Sequence record: NC_070882.1
Length of the DNA stretch: 64,000 nucleotides
Direction: 5' to 3' (one strand)
Below, one piece after another: positions 28,082-39,036 of this stretch. The number at the start of each line of letters is the position of its first letter. The first letter of the stretch is position 1. The notes under the pieces were generated by a model, which saw only the letters and a list, made by a program, of their open reading frames with translations, was not told the DNA's origin and did no database searches. Position numbers and translations under genes: made by a program.

Positions 28082-29515
28082 ATGCTACGATCCATTCATA
28101 AATACGTCGGTTCTCTAGAAGAATTCAAAGAAGAACCGATTACTCCAGAAGTTGCTGCTGTTGCAGAAGCTCCTTTGGAAACACAAGAAGTAGAAGTCAT
28201 CGAAGCACCGGCCAATGTGGTCGATGAGGCTCCTGTTGAATTACCCGTTCCGACACCTGTACCCGAAATTGGTGCAGTTGGTACCGATACTGTTGTAGAA
28301 ACCGAGCCGGTTGAAGTACCTGCTGAGTTTGCTCCTATCGAAGGTCCAGTTGACGTTACTGAAGCTGTTGGTGAAATCGATGCTGTATCGCATGCTCACG
28401 TTGAAAAAGAAATCCTTGAACAACGTGCAGATGAACTGATTGAAACGCAACATGCCCTTGAAGCGTATTCTGGTCTACTGCGTCAAGCTCGTGGGGAGAT
28501 TTCTCAACAGACGGCAGCATTCCTTCGTGTTGGTATTAAACAAGCTGAACGTGTTCTTGGTACTAATCAAGTATCCACAGGACTTGAAAACTATAATGCC
28601 GGCGAACGTTCTGATATTCTTCGTGCAGAAATTTCTGTAGAAGATATTAAAGAATACGCCAACAAGGCATTTGAGAAACTGAAAGAAATCATCGAGAAGA
28701 TCATTGACGCCATTATTGGTGGTATCGATAATCTGATGAACGGTATCTCCAAAGCAGATAAAGTTGTCACTCAACTCGAAGAGATTCTTGCTTCTGGTGG
28801 TAATCTCTGGACCGGTACAGGTAAGACCTTTGTTCTTAACAATCCGGCGCCTGTCTTTGCGAATGGTAAATCCAAACTTGGCGATACCAAAGTTCTCAGT
28901 GGTCTAGCTCATTTCTCGGCTTACGTATACCCGGCCGCTGTTAAGAAATACTACGAGAACCTTGCTAAACTTATTAGCGGTTATAACGTAGTTAAAGGTG
29001 ATGGCGAAGAGATGTCGGAGAAGTTGTACAAAGCTACCGCTCCTCTTGATGACATCTACGGTGCAAACTACGATATCTTCCCTGGCAACATGCGTGTTGA
29101 ACTTCAAGCAGACGGTATCGTTTACGGTATTGGTCCAGCCACTTCTGCCAAAGAAGCACCGGCGGAATTTGAAGTTAAAGTATCCAGTCCAAGTACTCTG
29201 CGTACCAATACGAAACGCCTTCGCGATATCATCGAGATTCTGAAAGCAGCTCGCGATGAACACGTTAAGATCAAAGAAGGTGCTGAAGCCCTTAAGAAAG
29301 CAGTTAGTAAAATCGAAGATCAGCTTAACAATGAAGATCTCGACGATGCATCTAAAGCTGCTGCTCGAAAAGTAACTCAGACTGCACTGGAACTGATTCG
29401 TGAATCCAACCCGCGTTCTCGTGAAATCATCCGGTATGTAACCCGTACTGTTGTTGCATACGCTTCTGTTTATATTCAAGAAGCTAAGCTGCATAAAGAG
29501 CCGGCTAAAGACTAA
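28082..29515 (+). CDS. Internal head protein, gp93-97 paralog family
   Basis: N-terminal MLRSIHKYVGSLEEF; ALEAY..GLENY..SVED module. Confidence 0.75.
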   Translation: MLRSIHKYVGSLEEFKEEPITPEVAAVAEAPLETQEVEVIEAPANVVDEAPVELPVPTPVPEIGAVGTDTVVETEPVEVPAEFAPIEGPVDVTEAVGEIDAVSHAHVEKEILEQRADELIETQHALEAYSGLLRQARGEISQQTAAFLRVGIKQAERVLGTNQVSTGLENYNAGERSDILRAEISVEDIKEYANKAFEKLKEIIEKIIDAIIGGIDNLMNGISKADKVVTQLEEILASGGNLWTGTGKTFVLNNPAPVFANGKSKLGDTKVLSGLAHFSAYVYPAAVKKYYENLAKLISGYNVVKGDGEEMSEKLYKATAPLDDIYGANYDIFPGNMRVELQADGIVYGIGPATSAKEAPAEFEVKVSSPSTLRTNTKRLRDIIEILKAARDEHVKIKEGAEALKKAVSKIEDQLNNEDLDDASKAAARKVTQTALELIRESNPRSREIIRYVTRTVVAYASVYIQEAKLHKEPAKD

Positions 29516-29520
29516 GACAT

Positions 29521-29546
29521 AGACGGGGCTCTTCGGAGTCCCGTCT
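29521..29546 (+). terminator. Terminator hairpin
   Basis: GACGGGGCTC-TTCG-GAGTCCCGTC. Confidence 0.85.
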
Positions 29547-29564
29547 TATGTTCAGGAGTTAACA

Positions 29565-30686
29565 ATGGAAACAGAAAATATTCCCCTAGATGTGGAATCT
29601 AATCCACCCGAGGAAATCGTCGTATTCGATGACTCCCCTGCGGCATTGAGTGCGCTACTTGAGAAAGATGAAGTTACTGCTAATCGTATTCTTGATCTAA
29701 TTGGTGGTTTTGAAAATTATCCAATGTTTGAAAGAGAATCACATCTACTAGATCTCGGTTGTGAAGATTTCAAAGGAACCGTTGTAGGTATTCTTGATAA
29801 AGTCATTGCATTTCTAAATCGAATTATGGAAGATATGTTCGATGGTAGTCTAGCTTTATCTCTAGCATTTGACAATATCCTTCTTCGAGTAGAAGAACTT
29901 AATACGTTAACACGTACTACTGCACGCCGTTCAAAGGAACCGACCTTTGATGTGACTACTCGAATTCAAAATCTTTGTGTTCGTTATAAAGCCATCAATG
30001 AAGTACAGGGATTGATTGCAAACCTAAAGAACCTTGAGCAAATTGGGAAACAGTTCTTTGATTACAATAATGAAGAACTTATTCGTGCAGCATTCCATAT
30101 CCCACAGCGCATTACAACCGCTGAGGAATTAAATAAACTCGTTGAAACAATCATGTTATCCAACCCGGTTAAAATGGTTTCTTCTAATCCACTTTATAGT
30201 CATCGTGGATATCGGCATGAGTCTCTTCACCTGATGGGTAATTATCAGGTCGTAGTTCTTGACAAATCGCCAGAAGCAACTGGTATAGATCGAATGTTGG
30301 GTATCAGTGTTAAACTAGATAACTCTGAACGTGATCCTTTGCCCCTTCCAGATTTAATTAAATTTCAACATTTCTCTGGACCTGTACAGATTACTGTATT
30401 GCGCCAAGTAGAGAAGATGGCCGAGATGTTTAACCGTGCAAGTGGTATGAGTATCCGTCATCGTCGGAAAGAACGTATTCGATCAATGTTGAATATTGTC
30501 AAAGGTATTCGTAATCAGATTGTCAATGATCAAGTTGAGGGCGCAGATGAAGCAATTCTACGTCAGTTTGTTGAAGTACTTGAGCGCTACATTGATTGGC
30601 TTGCTAATCCTTACTTGGGTATCTTGGCTCTTGCCGGGCGTAATCTTAACGCTGTTCTTAATGTATGTCGTTCCAATATTAAGTAG
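29565..30686 (+). CDS. Internal head protein (gp96-like)
   Basis: 373 aa, SD AGGAG, GFE/GCE sites; synteny. Confidence 0.7.
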   Translation: METENIPLDVESNPPEEIVVFDDSPAALSALLEKDEVTANRILDLIGGFENYPMFERESHLLDLGCEDFKGTVVGILDKVIAFLNRIMEDMFDGSLALSLAFDNILLRVEELNTLTRTTARRSKEPTFDVTTRIQNLCVRYKAINEVQGLIANLKNLEQIGKQFFDYNNEELIRAAFHIPQRITTAEELNKLVETIMLSNPVKMVSSNPLYSHRGYRHESLHLMGNYQVVVLDKSPEATGIDRMLGISVKLDNSERDPLPLPDLIKFQHFSGPVQITVLRQVEKMAEMFNRASGMSIRHRRKERIRSMLNIVKGIRNQIVNDQVEGADEAILRQFVEVLERYIDWLANPYLGILALAGRNLNAVLNVCRSNIK

Positions 30687-30780
30687 GCCTTGGCGTTCAA
30701 TAATCTGAAACAGTGTTTCGTCCATGAGTAGCGTTTAGGACGAATAACGCTACTCGTATTCTGTACAGAAGGTAAACAAC

Positions 30781-33315
30781 ATGTTGAAGAACATTCACAA
30801 ATATATCACCAGTCTTGAAGACTTCGCTGAGAGCTCCACCGAAGTTGAAGATAAGCCTGTTGAAACTGTAGATGCTACTAATGTAGAAGCATCCGCAGAA
30901 CCGGAAAGCGATGTAGTTGAAGCAGGCGATGAACTTGCGCAAGCTACCCCCACTGAAGAAGTAAAACCCGATGGTGATCTGGAAACGGTAGAAGAACCTC
31001 TTGCTGGTGAAACCAGTGAAGAGCCGTCTGGTATTCCAGAACCTATGGCTACTACCAATGAATCTGCGGCTGAGGCTGCTGCTGCTCAAGCTGAAGAAGC
31101 ACAAGCTGCCGAAGTGAAAGAACTCACTGAACAGGCCGAACAGATTCAAGCAACCCAACAGGAAACTGTTGAAGCAGCCGCGGCAGATGCCGAGGCCATC
31201 GAAGCCAACGAGACAGATGTAAATGGTAACACTGTACCTGCTGAAGATACTACTGGTGAACAAAACGTAGATATCACTAATAGCAGCGATACTGGTGAAA
31301 CTGAACTGACTAACGATGTTGAATCTCTTGATACCGAAACTACTGTCGATGACGGTGGTGAAACTGCTACCGCTGATACCATCGGTGAAGAACCGGAAAC
31401 CCCGGTTGAAGAAGTAGAAGAGACTTCGGAAGCAGAGATTGAAGAAGTAGCTGATGTCAGTGATGCTGCCCCTGAACTCGACAACACTGAGCCGGCCGCT
31501 GTAGAAGGTGGTGAAACTCAGGGTGGTGATGAAGAACTGCCTGAGTTAGAACCGGAAGCTCAAACCGAAGCAAATGATCAGGTGGATGGTGTCTCTACCC
31601 CTGAAGTTGAAGAAGGCGCTGACGAAGTCACCGTACCCGAAGTCGAAGAGTCTATCGCGGAAACTACCGAAGAAGAAGTTTCTGAAGATGTAGCTGAAAC
31701 GGAAGAAGTCAACGAAGAAATCGCTGAAGATTCCACTGATGATATTCCAGCTGAAGAAACTCCAGTTGAAGAACAAGTGACTGAAACTGAAGAATCTACT
31801 GTGGAAGAAATTCCAGCAGAGGAAGAACCAGTAGTCGAGGAAACTGAAGTCGAAGAAGAAACACCGGCGGAAGTGGAAGAAACTCCTGAAGAAGACATCG
31901 TCAACGAAGAGGAAACTCCTGTTGAGACAGAAGCGGAGGTTGTAGATGAACAAGTCGAAGATCAATCCGAGTCTACCGATGAGACTACAGATGTCGCTGA
32001 AGACGAACCAGTCCTCGAAGAGATCGAAGAAGACGAACCCGATGGAGAAATCGATGATGACGGTGAAGCTAACTTCGATGAAGGTGAACTGGATATCGAG
32101 GACGTTGACACTGATGTCACTGAAGACGATGTAGCCGAAGCCGTAAAAGAAGCCGATGAGGCCGAAGAAGAAGCCGATGCTGATGAAGAGGAAGCGATTG
32201 ATGCCAGCCGTACAATCGAAGATCTTCAGAAAGAGAAGGAGTCTGTAGAAGGCTTCATGGAGATTCTGAAATATGGTCTCTCTCAAGAAAGCTATAGTGT
32301 TCAAACTCTTATCCTGAGTCAAGTTAAACTTGATGAACTCAAGAAAGCATTTGGTGACTATGCTCCTTCCGTTCCTTCGATGGAGCAATATGGTAAAGAA
32401 GATCTCGATAAGTACTATGCTGCTAGTCTTGAGTCTTTCCGCGGTTTCCTTAGTCGTATTACCGGTCTGAAGCGTGCACTGAACGAGAAGTTGATTAAAT
32501 GGTGGGAAGGTCCCCTCGTTACTAAAGTTAAGAAGCGTTCTCAAGCACTTAACAAAGATGTCGACCTTGCTCTGACTAAACTTGGTAAGTCCAATATCGG
32601 GCGTGAAACCGTTAAAGGTATTTCTAGCGATATGGCCACCAAAGAAACTAACCTCGTGCAAGCTGTTGCAAAAGATCTTCGTGTCACTTCCGAGATCGCT
32701 GTTAAGGGCGTTAAAGACTCTGAACGTGCACTGCAAGAAGTAGTAGGTATCATCAACAAGGCTGTTACTGAAGGTGGTTACGATAAGACTGGTCCGCTAG
32801 TTAAGACTGCTCTGAATATCAAACCTGCCAAGTATCCGGAAAACATGGCTAACGCTCTCATGGGTGGTTGGGCTATTGAATACGAGAAAGGCCCACGCGG
32901 TGGCGATAGTAAGATCGAGGCTTTGGCATATACTCTGGTACCTGTCTTCAAGAAGGTCAAAGTAGAAGATCGCCAAGTTAGTTTCGATGTGACCAAAGCT
33001 GATCTAGCGAACATGCTTAAGATGGCTAAGGCATACGTCGCCCTGGCTGATAAGCTTGCTGATTCCGTTGGTTCTAAAGCTATCGATGACATTATCAATC
33101 TCGACGTTACACGCAACCGTGCATTGAGCACTGGCTCCAGTGAGTTCGATACTACTTCCCGTGCATCGGGTTGGGATGAACAAGCTGAGCTGGATGATCT
33201 GGCTAGTGCAATGCTGAAAGTGTCTTACGCGCATGTGGATGCGTATAAGTTCGTAACACAGCATGCTCTTGACGTGGCAGATGGTATTGTTAGTGTTGTT
33301 CGTAAAGCTCTGTAA
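30781..33315 (+). CDS. Internal head protein (gp97-like) with very long acidic N-terminal region
   Basis: N-terminal MLKNIHKYITSLEDF; about 470 aa E/D/T/A-rich; SVE/SQE/SME/SLE sites before a Lys-rich folded domain. Confidence 0.75.
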   Translation: MLKNIHKYITSLEDFAESSTEVEDKPVETVDATNVEASAEPESDVVEAGDELAQATPTEEVKPDGDLETVEEPLAGETSEEPSGIPEPMATTNESAAEAAAAQAEEAQAAEVKELTEQAEQIQATQQETVEAAAADAEAIEANETDVNGNTVPAEDTTGEQNVDITNSSDTGETELTNDVESLDTETTVDDGGETATADTIGEEPETPVEEVEETSEAEIEEVADVSDAAPELDNTEPAAVEGGETQGGDEELPELEPEAQTEANDQVDGVSTPEVEEGADEVTVPEVEESIAETTEEEVSEDVAETEEVNEEIAEDSTDDIPAEETPVEEQVTETEESTVEEIPAEEEPVVEETEVEEETPAEVEETPEEDIVNEEETPVETEAEVVDEQVEDQSESTDETTDVAEDEPVLEEIEEDEPDGEIDDDGEANFDEGELDIEDVDTDVTEDDVAEAVKEADEAEEEADADEEEAIDASRTIEDLQKEKESVEGFMEILKYGLSQESYSVQTLILSQVKLDELKKAFGDYAPSVPSMEQYGKEDLDKYYAASLESFRGFLSRITGLKRALNEKLIKWWEGPLVTKVKKRSQALNKDVDLALTKLGKSNIGRETVKGISSDMATKETNLVQAVAKDLRVTSEIAVKGVKDSERALQEVVGIINKAVTEGGYDKTGPLVKTALNIKPAKYPENMANALMGGWAIEYEKGPRGGDSKIEALAYTLVPVFKKVKVEDRQVSFDVTKADLANMLKMAKAYVALADKLADSVGSKAIDDIINLDVTRNRALSTGSSEFDTTSRASGWDEQAELDDLASAMLKVSYAHVDAYKFVTQHALDVADGIVSVVRKAL

Positions 33316-33328
33316 GTAACAACATATT

Positions 33329-33351
33329 GCCCTGCCCTAAAAAGGCAGGGC
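33329..33351 (+). terminator. Terminator hairpin
   Basis: GCCCTGCC-CTAAAAA-GGCAGGGC-TTTATG. Confidence 0.8.
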
Positions 33352-33393
33352 TTTATGCCGGATCTTATGATCTTAAACCATGAGGTGGTTACC

Positions 33394-35040
33394 ATGCCCC
33401 ATGCAATTATCCCCTTGCCAGACGTATACGAAACCGTAATGCGGAAGGTATCAGTCGATGCTATTCGACAAATTGCTACAATGATGCAGTTACCCGGTGC
33501 TACCCGAGTTTACCTACCTGGACGTGTTGATACCGTTCCTATGAACGACGGTATGTTTGGTAACTGTTGCGATGCAGCCGATGCTGTTCACTTTGACCCA
33601 GAAGAACGTATTACAGTTGCATATGAAGAAATAGCCGAAGAGAACTTTACTCTTTCAACCGCGGTTTATAACAACGAGAACTTTCCTCTATTTGTTGACG
33701 ATGTTCATGATATTACTATTCGACCGATTCGACGTTTTGTTGACTTCAGGATAGACATTGAATATCAGGCACCTAACGTGGTACTGGCTCAACGCTGGTT
33801 AGACGATCAACGGATACGTTGTTCAGCCGGCGGTGCTGAGATGACAATGTCTCTAACGTATCACTATAATGTCCCTCCATCTCTTTTAGGTTTGATGAAA
33901 GGACTGTATGATACAATGCAGAAGTCAAACTGGCCAACCGATCTAACCTTCCGTGAGTGGATGGAGAAACATTGGTGCCAACCTCAAACCGAAATGGCTA
34001 CCCTAGCAAGTACACATCCTACACTTTCTATATACGAACGTCAAGTTGATGTGGTCGGTTGGTTTGACTTTAGTACATCTCCAGATACGCCACAAAAGTC
34101 GTCTGATAATGCTGGTGGATACACTGTTAATTTTAGCTATCTGTGTCGTTATGAACGACCTACGCATATGCGTGTTAACTATCCAATCCTAATGAACCAG
34201 TGTACTATTCCTAAAGTATTCCGACCGGAGTATCGATATCAGAATTATCAAGCGGTTGATCGGAAGACTACATCTTTACGTGGAACATTAGATCATCAAT
34301 TTCTCTTAATGCGAGATATGGGTCTACCTTATATCCAGCATCCAGATATCGATGATTGGCATACTGACCAAATTCCACCGCACCGCTTCACATTCTTTAA
34401 TGGGTTGTTGTGCCTGAGTAAAGATGACCTGACATCACTGATGGACTTCAAGAACCTAGGTCGATTTACATTCAATCCATATTGGCTTGAGTTTATCCAG
34501 ACTCTAGGAACAGCTGCAATCGCAGATGGCTCTTTCTTTGAAATCCGGTTGTACCAAAATAACGAGCGGTTACGTGTACCGATGACAATTGATCCTGGGA
34601 CTACTCTTCTGAGAACAACCATCCCACTGGATCCTTTGAAGTACTACCACATTCAAATTAGTCTCTCTAAGAACTTCTATGGTATCCATGATAAGTACTG
34701 GGAGATGATTCGTCGTTATCCAACTACCTGCTGGAGTCTATTCCGGTTGTTCCGTGTTAGTATTGGTCGTAACCCGATCGAGAAAATGGAACTACTGGGT
34801 CTAAGTGGTCCTCGTCCAGAAGATCCCGATGCTCCAGGTGAAGGTACTACACCAATCACATCTGACCTGCCTAATACGTTTAAGCGTGGTATCGTGAAAT
34901 GGGGTGATATTGCTAAAGCTCGTGAAGAGCAAGACAAGATCATTGCAGAAGTTGGAGCCAGTGGTGGTTATATAGATCAACACAAAGTCGGTCCATTGAA
35001 CGTATTATTTTCGCACATTATTTCTGACATTAGGAGTTAA
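33394..35040 (+). CDS. Virion structural protein (gp98-like; neck/tail junction candidate)
   Basis: Start moved to ATG 33394 after SD GAGGTG; synteny. Confidence 0.65.
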   Translation: MPHAIIPLPDVYETVMRKVSVDAIRQIATMMQLPGATRVYLPGRVDTVPMNDGMFGNCCDAADAVHFDPEERITVAYEEIAEENFTLSTAVYNNENFPLFVDDVHDITIRPIRRFVDFRIDIEYQAPNVVLAQRWLDDQRIRCSAGGAEMTMSLTYHYNVPPSLLGLMKGLYDTMQKSNWPTDLTFREWMEKHWCQPQTEMATLASTHPTLSIYERQVDVVGWFDFSTSPDTPQKSSDNAGGYTVNFSYLCRYERPTHMRVNYPILMNQCTIPKVFRPEYRYQNYQAVDRKTTSLRGTLDHQFLLMRDMGLPYIQHPDIDDWHTDQIPPHRFTFFNGLLCLSKDDLTSLMDFKNLGRFTFNPYWLEFIQTLGTAAIADGSFFEIRLYQNNERLRVPMTIDPGTTLLRTTIPLDPLKYYHIQISLSKNFYGIHDKYWEMIRRYPTTCWSLFRLFRVSIGRNPIEKMELLGLSGPRPEDPDAPGEGTTPITSDLPNTFKRGIVKWGDIAKAREEQDKIIAEVGASGGYIDQHKVGPLNVLFSHIISDIRS

Positions 35041-35042
35041 CG

Positions 35043-36449
35043 ATGTCTCTTTTTGTAGATGAGGAAGAAATTGCTCCTCAGAGTCCAGAAGTTAATCCTG
35101 TTACTGTCAAAGCACGCCCCGAGGTTTATCGGGGCATTGCCATTGATACAAAGTTCGTACCAAAAAGTTCGATGCTTGCATGGATAAATGGTTCTAACTG
35201 GAACGTAACGTATTTCTCACAAATTCTTGACGAAACTCAAGAACCAACTCCCCTGGCTCTCCATCGTCAACCACCATATCAACAATACCGTTGCATTAAA
35301 GGAATGGATCTTAAGGTTAACCAATCTTTAGATATTTCCCAAGATGAACGTATTCGTACATTCTCTGTTACTGGTGCCGGACACACATATCCGTTCCTCG
35401 TTCCCAACGTTGGAGATATGTTCATTGGTAACATTGGTGATGGTGTACTAGGTCTATTCACTATTACGGCGGCTCGTCGTGAAACATTCTTGCGTGATTC
35501 CACATACGCTATCGAATGGAAGATGGTGAGTAAACTTAATGAACAACAGGTAGAAGACCTTGAACGTAAGACTATAATCACTTACTATTATTCTGCAAGT
35601 TCTCTTACTAGTGGTTGTGGTCCGTTTGTTACTGAACAAGAACAACAAGATCAAAAAGATTTTGCTGCTCTTCGTAAAGAGATCATTCGGAGATACATTA
35701 GTGACTTCTTCTCTGTTGAACATAGTACATTCCTAGTACCAGATCAGTTAATGAAAACCTATGACCATTTTGTAACTAAAGCGATGGTTATGATGGTTGA
35801 CATGAAAACTGATCGACGGATGATGAATGTTAAGTTACTGAATGTAATGTCCGAACCTGTAATGAAGCAACCAACTATTTGGGATGCTATCTTACGTCAA
35901 GATGCTACCCGTCTTTGCGGTTCTACTGAACGTGCACATCTCGTAGCTACTAGAATCTCCCGCTGGCGGCCAGAACTACAGGCAATTGGTTATACCGGTA
36001 TCCCTAGGTTCGTGTTCCCTATCGAGGGACCAACTGACGTGGATTCACAATACGATGGTGAAGACCGTGCTCGACCAGAAGGAATTCCGTTCCATGAAGG
36101 TCAACCACGTCGTCCTCAAATACCGTATAAGACGCAAGAAGAACGAAACAGCGAATGGTTTAAACGTGCTGATCCAGATGTCATAAAACAAGATGAAGCG
36201 TGGGATCGCCCGGCTGACATCGCACCCGTAGTTCGTGATAACTTCTATGTATTTACCGAAGCCTTTTATACGGAAGATGCCAAGCTCCAGACTAAACTGG
36301 AAATGTTAACTTGGCAAATGATCAATCGTCAACCTATGGACATGAACCAATTAAGAAAAGTGACGAAATGTTGCCTTTCGTGGGACAATTTGGAACGATT
36401 TTATTATCACCCTGTCCTGATAGCACTACTTAAATACGCAACGAGGTAA
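35043..36449 (+). CDS. Virion structural protein (gp99-like; neck/head-closure candidate)
   Basis: 468 aa; VPNVGDMF motif recalls T4 gp14-like neck proteins (inference). Confidence 0.6.
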   Translation: MSLFVDEEEIAPQSPEVNPVTVKARPEVYRGIAIDTKFVPKSSMLAWINGSNWNVTYFSQILDETQEPTPLALHRQPPYQQYRCIKGMDLKVNQSLDISQDERIRTFSVTGAGHTYPFLVPNVGDMFIGNIGDGVLGLFTITAARRETFLRDSTYAIEWKMVSKLNEQQVEDLERKTIITYYYSASSLTSGCGPFVTEQEQQDQKDFAALRKEIIRRYISDFFSVEHSTFLVPDQLMKTYDHFVTKAMVMMVDMKTDRRMMNVKLLNVMSEPVMKQPTIWDAILRQDATRLCGSTERAHLVATRISRWRPELQAIGYTGIPRFVFPIEGPTDVDSQYDGEDRARPEGIPFHEGQPRRPQIPYKTQEERNSEWFKRADPDVIKQDEAWDRPADIAPVVRDNFYVFTEAFYTEDAKLQTKLEMLTWQMINRQPMDMNQLRKVTKCCLSWDNLERFYYHPVLIALLKYATR

Positions 36450-36455
36450 TCTCCA

Positions 36456-37028
36456 ATGCAACTCTGTGAACGATATACTGCGGCATGGCGTTTGTTCCAT
36501 CTTCGTTATGAAGTTGTTACACCAGATCTTGCAGCTTATAGCACTAACTATCTACGTAATAACCATATCAACGTAACGGGAGATCGACTAGTCGACCGTG
36601 AACGTGTATCGCAAATGTCCCGTGGTCAACAAACAGCCGCTGGTATTGCAATGATGATGGGTGAGGGGTATAGCGTAGGTCTCGTTAACTATAAAGACTG
36701 CGTGCAGATCTATGCTGACATCCAGAAACATCTGGGTGACTGGCGAGAACAAACTCTATTCCATGCACATCCAGCTGGTTTCCCACCTATTGAAGATCTT
36801 CGTCTTTTCGAAGCACTTGCTATTGAGGTTTATGAACTAGCGAAAAAGCTGGAACCGCGTGAAGACGTACGTAGTCAAATATTTGACTCGCTTGTGGCAA
36901 TGAACCGTCGTCGTAACTTGGCATCCACTAATAAGTGGTTGCAGGCACGTAGTGAAGTCGAAGGTAAATTAAAGCCATACGTTTCTATCGTAGATCAGAT
37001 TGAACGTTACATCGTGGAGGCTGAATAA
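36456..37028 (+). CDS. Conserved hypothetical protein (gp100-like)
   Basis: 190 aa, SD GAGG, coupled to next gene. Confidence 0.75.
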   Translation: MQLCERYTAAWRLFHLRYEVVTPDLAAYSTNYLRNNHINVTGDRLVDRERVSQMSRGQQTAAGIAMMMGEGYSVGLVNYKDCVQIYADIQKHLGDWREQTLFHAHPAGFPPIEDLRLFEALAIEVYELAKKLEPREDVRSQIFDSLVAMNRRRNLASTNKWLQARSEVEGKLKPYVSIVDQIERYIVEAE

Positions 37029-38413
37029 TGTCTGTCGATAGTACGCTTTTAATGCGTGAAGTCGAACAGGTTACCGAAATTGGTGAAAGCTATTCTAACT
37101 TCCGCAATGAGATTAAAATCCTTGCTAATAAAAAGTGGATTACTCCTGTACGTCTTGATTTTCTTTATTTGAATAGAGACTACGGGAGTGGTCAACTTGG
37201 TGATATCAGAGAGGTTCAGTTCTTAATTGGTTATGGTGACTATGTCCATGATATCGTCCCTTATCGCGATAACCTACAAGTCGATGTATCTGAGATACCT
37301 CTACTGGAAGCAGTAGCTACACGTAACGTCGAACGGAAAGCAGTTACCAAACGTTACCGAGGGATTATTTCCGTTAGTGGTGACGATAACCCGGCCTTGT
37401 CAGGAAAGAACTCTAATCTTAAATCCAGAGAAGCGATGAACCAGATCGGATTGATCAGCGTACAGATGCAACTTGTGGATGAACTGACGTATAAACTGAT
37501 GATGGTAACTTGTGGCACTACATATCGAGTTACGACCACAATGAATGCTCTTAAATCACTGTGGACGCAATTTGGGCAATTAGTGGGAGGCTCGGATAGC
37601 CAAAGATTACTTGCCATCGATATCGCAGATGGATATAGTCAAGAAGAACGTAATCAGATTATCATCCCAGATGGAATGCCTTTGAAAGACGTTCATCGAT
37701 TCTTCCAAGATAAAGAAGGAGGAATCTATTCTACGGGTATTGGACGTTATATACAAAATCAGGTTTTATTCTTGTATCCTCTTTACGATACAACTCGTTA
37801 TGGAAAGAATACAAAAGTGCTAAACTTGATCAACGTTCCTAATGATCGGTACCAGGGTGCCGAGAAGACGTTCAGAAACACGATGCGCCATATCACAGTG
37901 TTAGCCACTGGCGATGCGACTTCACTTGACCAAGGACTCGCCGAGCAACTTCAGAATGGTAACTCTTTCCGATTTGGGGATGCTCGTAAAGTATTCCAAG
38001 ACTTTGCAATTGACAAAGACAACAAAATGTTAGTTGATAGGGCTACTAACTTGTTCGAAGTCAAGATGAAGGATTTGGAAACAGGATTCAATAACGTTCG
38101 CTGGGCAAAAGATAGATTGACATCTAACCCTTTCAAGCAATATACGGATATGGCTAGAAAGCAAGGACAAGAGATCAAATTGGAATGGACACATGGTAAT
38201 CCTGATTTACTCTATCCGGGGATGCCTGTTAAATTTCAGACAATATCTGATAACCGAGTGAAAACATACCACGGCGTGTTATTAGGTGTAAACGAACAAC
38301 GTAGATCAGCTGACGCTGGGGCCACAGTCAATCGCCACGTCGGTAAAGTCACATTGGGCGTTTTCATTAATCGCTTCGAAGTAACAGAAGACGGTATAGA
38401 GCCCACCCCGTAA
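37028..38413 (+). CDS. Virion structural protein (gp101-like; baseplate hub-like candidate)
   Basis: 461 aa; C-terminal GNPDLLYPGMPVKF recalls gp27/VgrG-type hubs (inference). Confidence 0.55.
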   Translation: MSVDSTLLMREVEQVTEIGESYSNFRNEIKILANKKWITPVRLDFLYLNRDYGSGQLGDIREVQFLIGYGDYVHDIVPYRDNLQVDVSEIPLLEAVATRNVERKAVTKRYRGIISVSGDDNPALSGKNSNLKSREAMNQIGLISVQMQLVDELTYKLMMVTCGTTYRVTTTMNALKSLWTQFGQLVGGSDSQRLLAIDIADGYSQEERNQIIIPDGMPLKDVHRFFQDKEGGIYSTGIGRYIQNQVLFLYPLYDTTRYGKNTKVLNLINVPNDRYQGAEKTFRNTMRHITVLATGDATSLDQGLAEQLQNGNSFRFGDARKVFQDFAIDKDNKMLVDRATNLFEVKMKDLETGFNNVRWAKDRLTSNPFKQYTDMARKQGQEIKLEWTHGNPDLLYPGMPVKFQTISDNRVKTYHGVLLGVNEQRRSADAGATVNRHVGKVTLGVFINRFEVTEDGIEPTP

Positions 38414-38430
38414 TTGGGGTGGGTTTTTAT
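38402..38430 (+). terminator. Intrinsic terminator
   Basis: CCCACCCC-GTAATT-GGGGTGGG-TTTTT. Confidence 0.85.
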
Positions 38431-38444
38431 TTAGGTAGGACCAT

Positions 38445-38876
38445 ATGCAGAACGTGTTCTTTCGTATTGACCACGTTTGGTCATACAACTTTATTGGATC
38501 TATAAAAGGATTCATCGATCTTTCAATAGATGTAGTAAACCACTTATACTCTTTAGCCACCGAGTATGTGAAACTACAGCACAACTTTATTTATAACCAC
38601 AACGCTAAAGAGTTCAATAAAGGGTATCAATACATCCTTATGGAACTACAACGCTATCCAATCGATACAAGTTTCTTTGAAGGTAATTTCAAAGAACTAT
38701 ATAACTTTCATCGATTAGCATTTAATAGCTTAAAAGGTGAAATCGAGACTATAAAGACATATTGCAACGACGAAGGGAATATAGAGGCGTTCATTATAGA
38801 ACTTCGTGAGTGTCCACCTTGCATTCAAAGCATTTTAAACCCTATATCACAATTGGGAATAAACCAGTTATATTAG
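38445..38876 (+). CDS. Hypothetical protein
   Basis: 143 aa, SD TAGGA, AT-rich. Confidence 0.65.
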   Translation: MQNVFFRIDHVWSYNFIGSIKGFIDLSIDVVNHLYSLATEYVKLQHNFIYNHNAKEFNKGYQYILMELQRYPIDTSFFEGNFKELYNFHRLAFNSLKGEIETIKTYCNDEGNIEAFIIELRECPPCIQSILNPISQLGINQLY

Positions 38877-38883
38877 GTGCTTT

Positions 38884-39027
38884 ATGCAAGAACAAGCTAA
38901 GGAAGAAATGTTCCCGCGTTCCAATAAGAGTGATCCCAATGTCCCACCGAGCTGGGTTAAACTAGAGCATGTTGTAATCGTGTTCGTTATCTCTCTTGTT
39001 GCAACAATCATTTTCAACGGCTTCTAA
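38884..39027 (+). CDS. Small protein with C-terminal TM helix (not in ORF track)
   Basis: 47 aa MQEQAKEEMF...VVIVFVISLVATIIFNGF; alternative start 38908. Confidence 0.6.
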   Translation: MQEQAKEEMFPRSNKSDPNVPPSWVKLEHVVIVFVISLVATIIFNGF

Positions 39028-39036
39028 GGATAAACC

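Noticed and set aside
31546-32736. 396-aa Phe-rich antisense ORF
   Set aside because: Reverse complement of GAA-rich acidic codons gives poly-Phe; artefact
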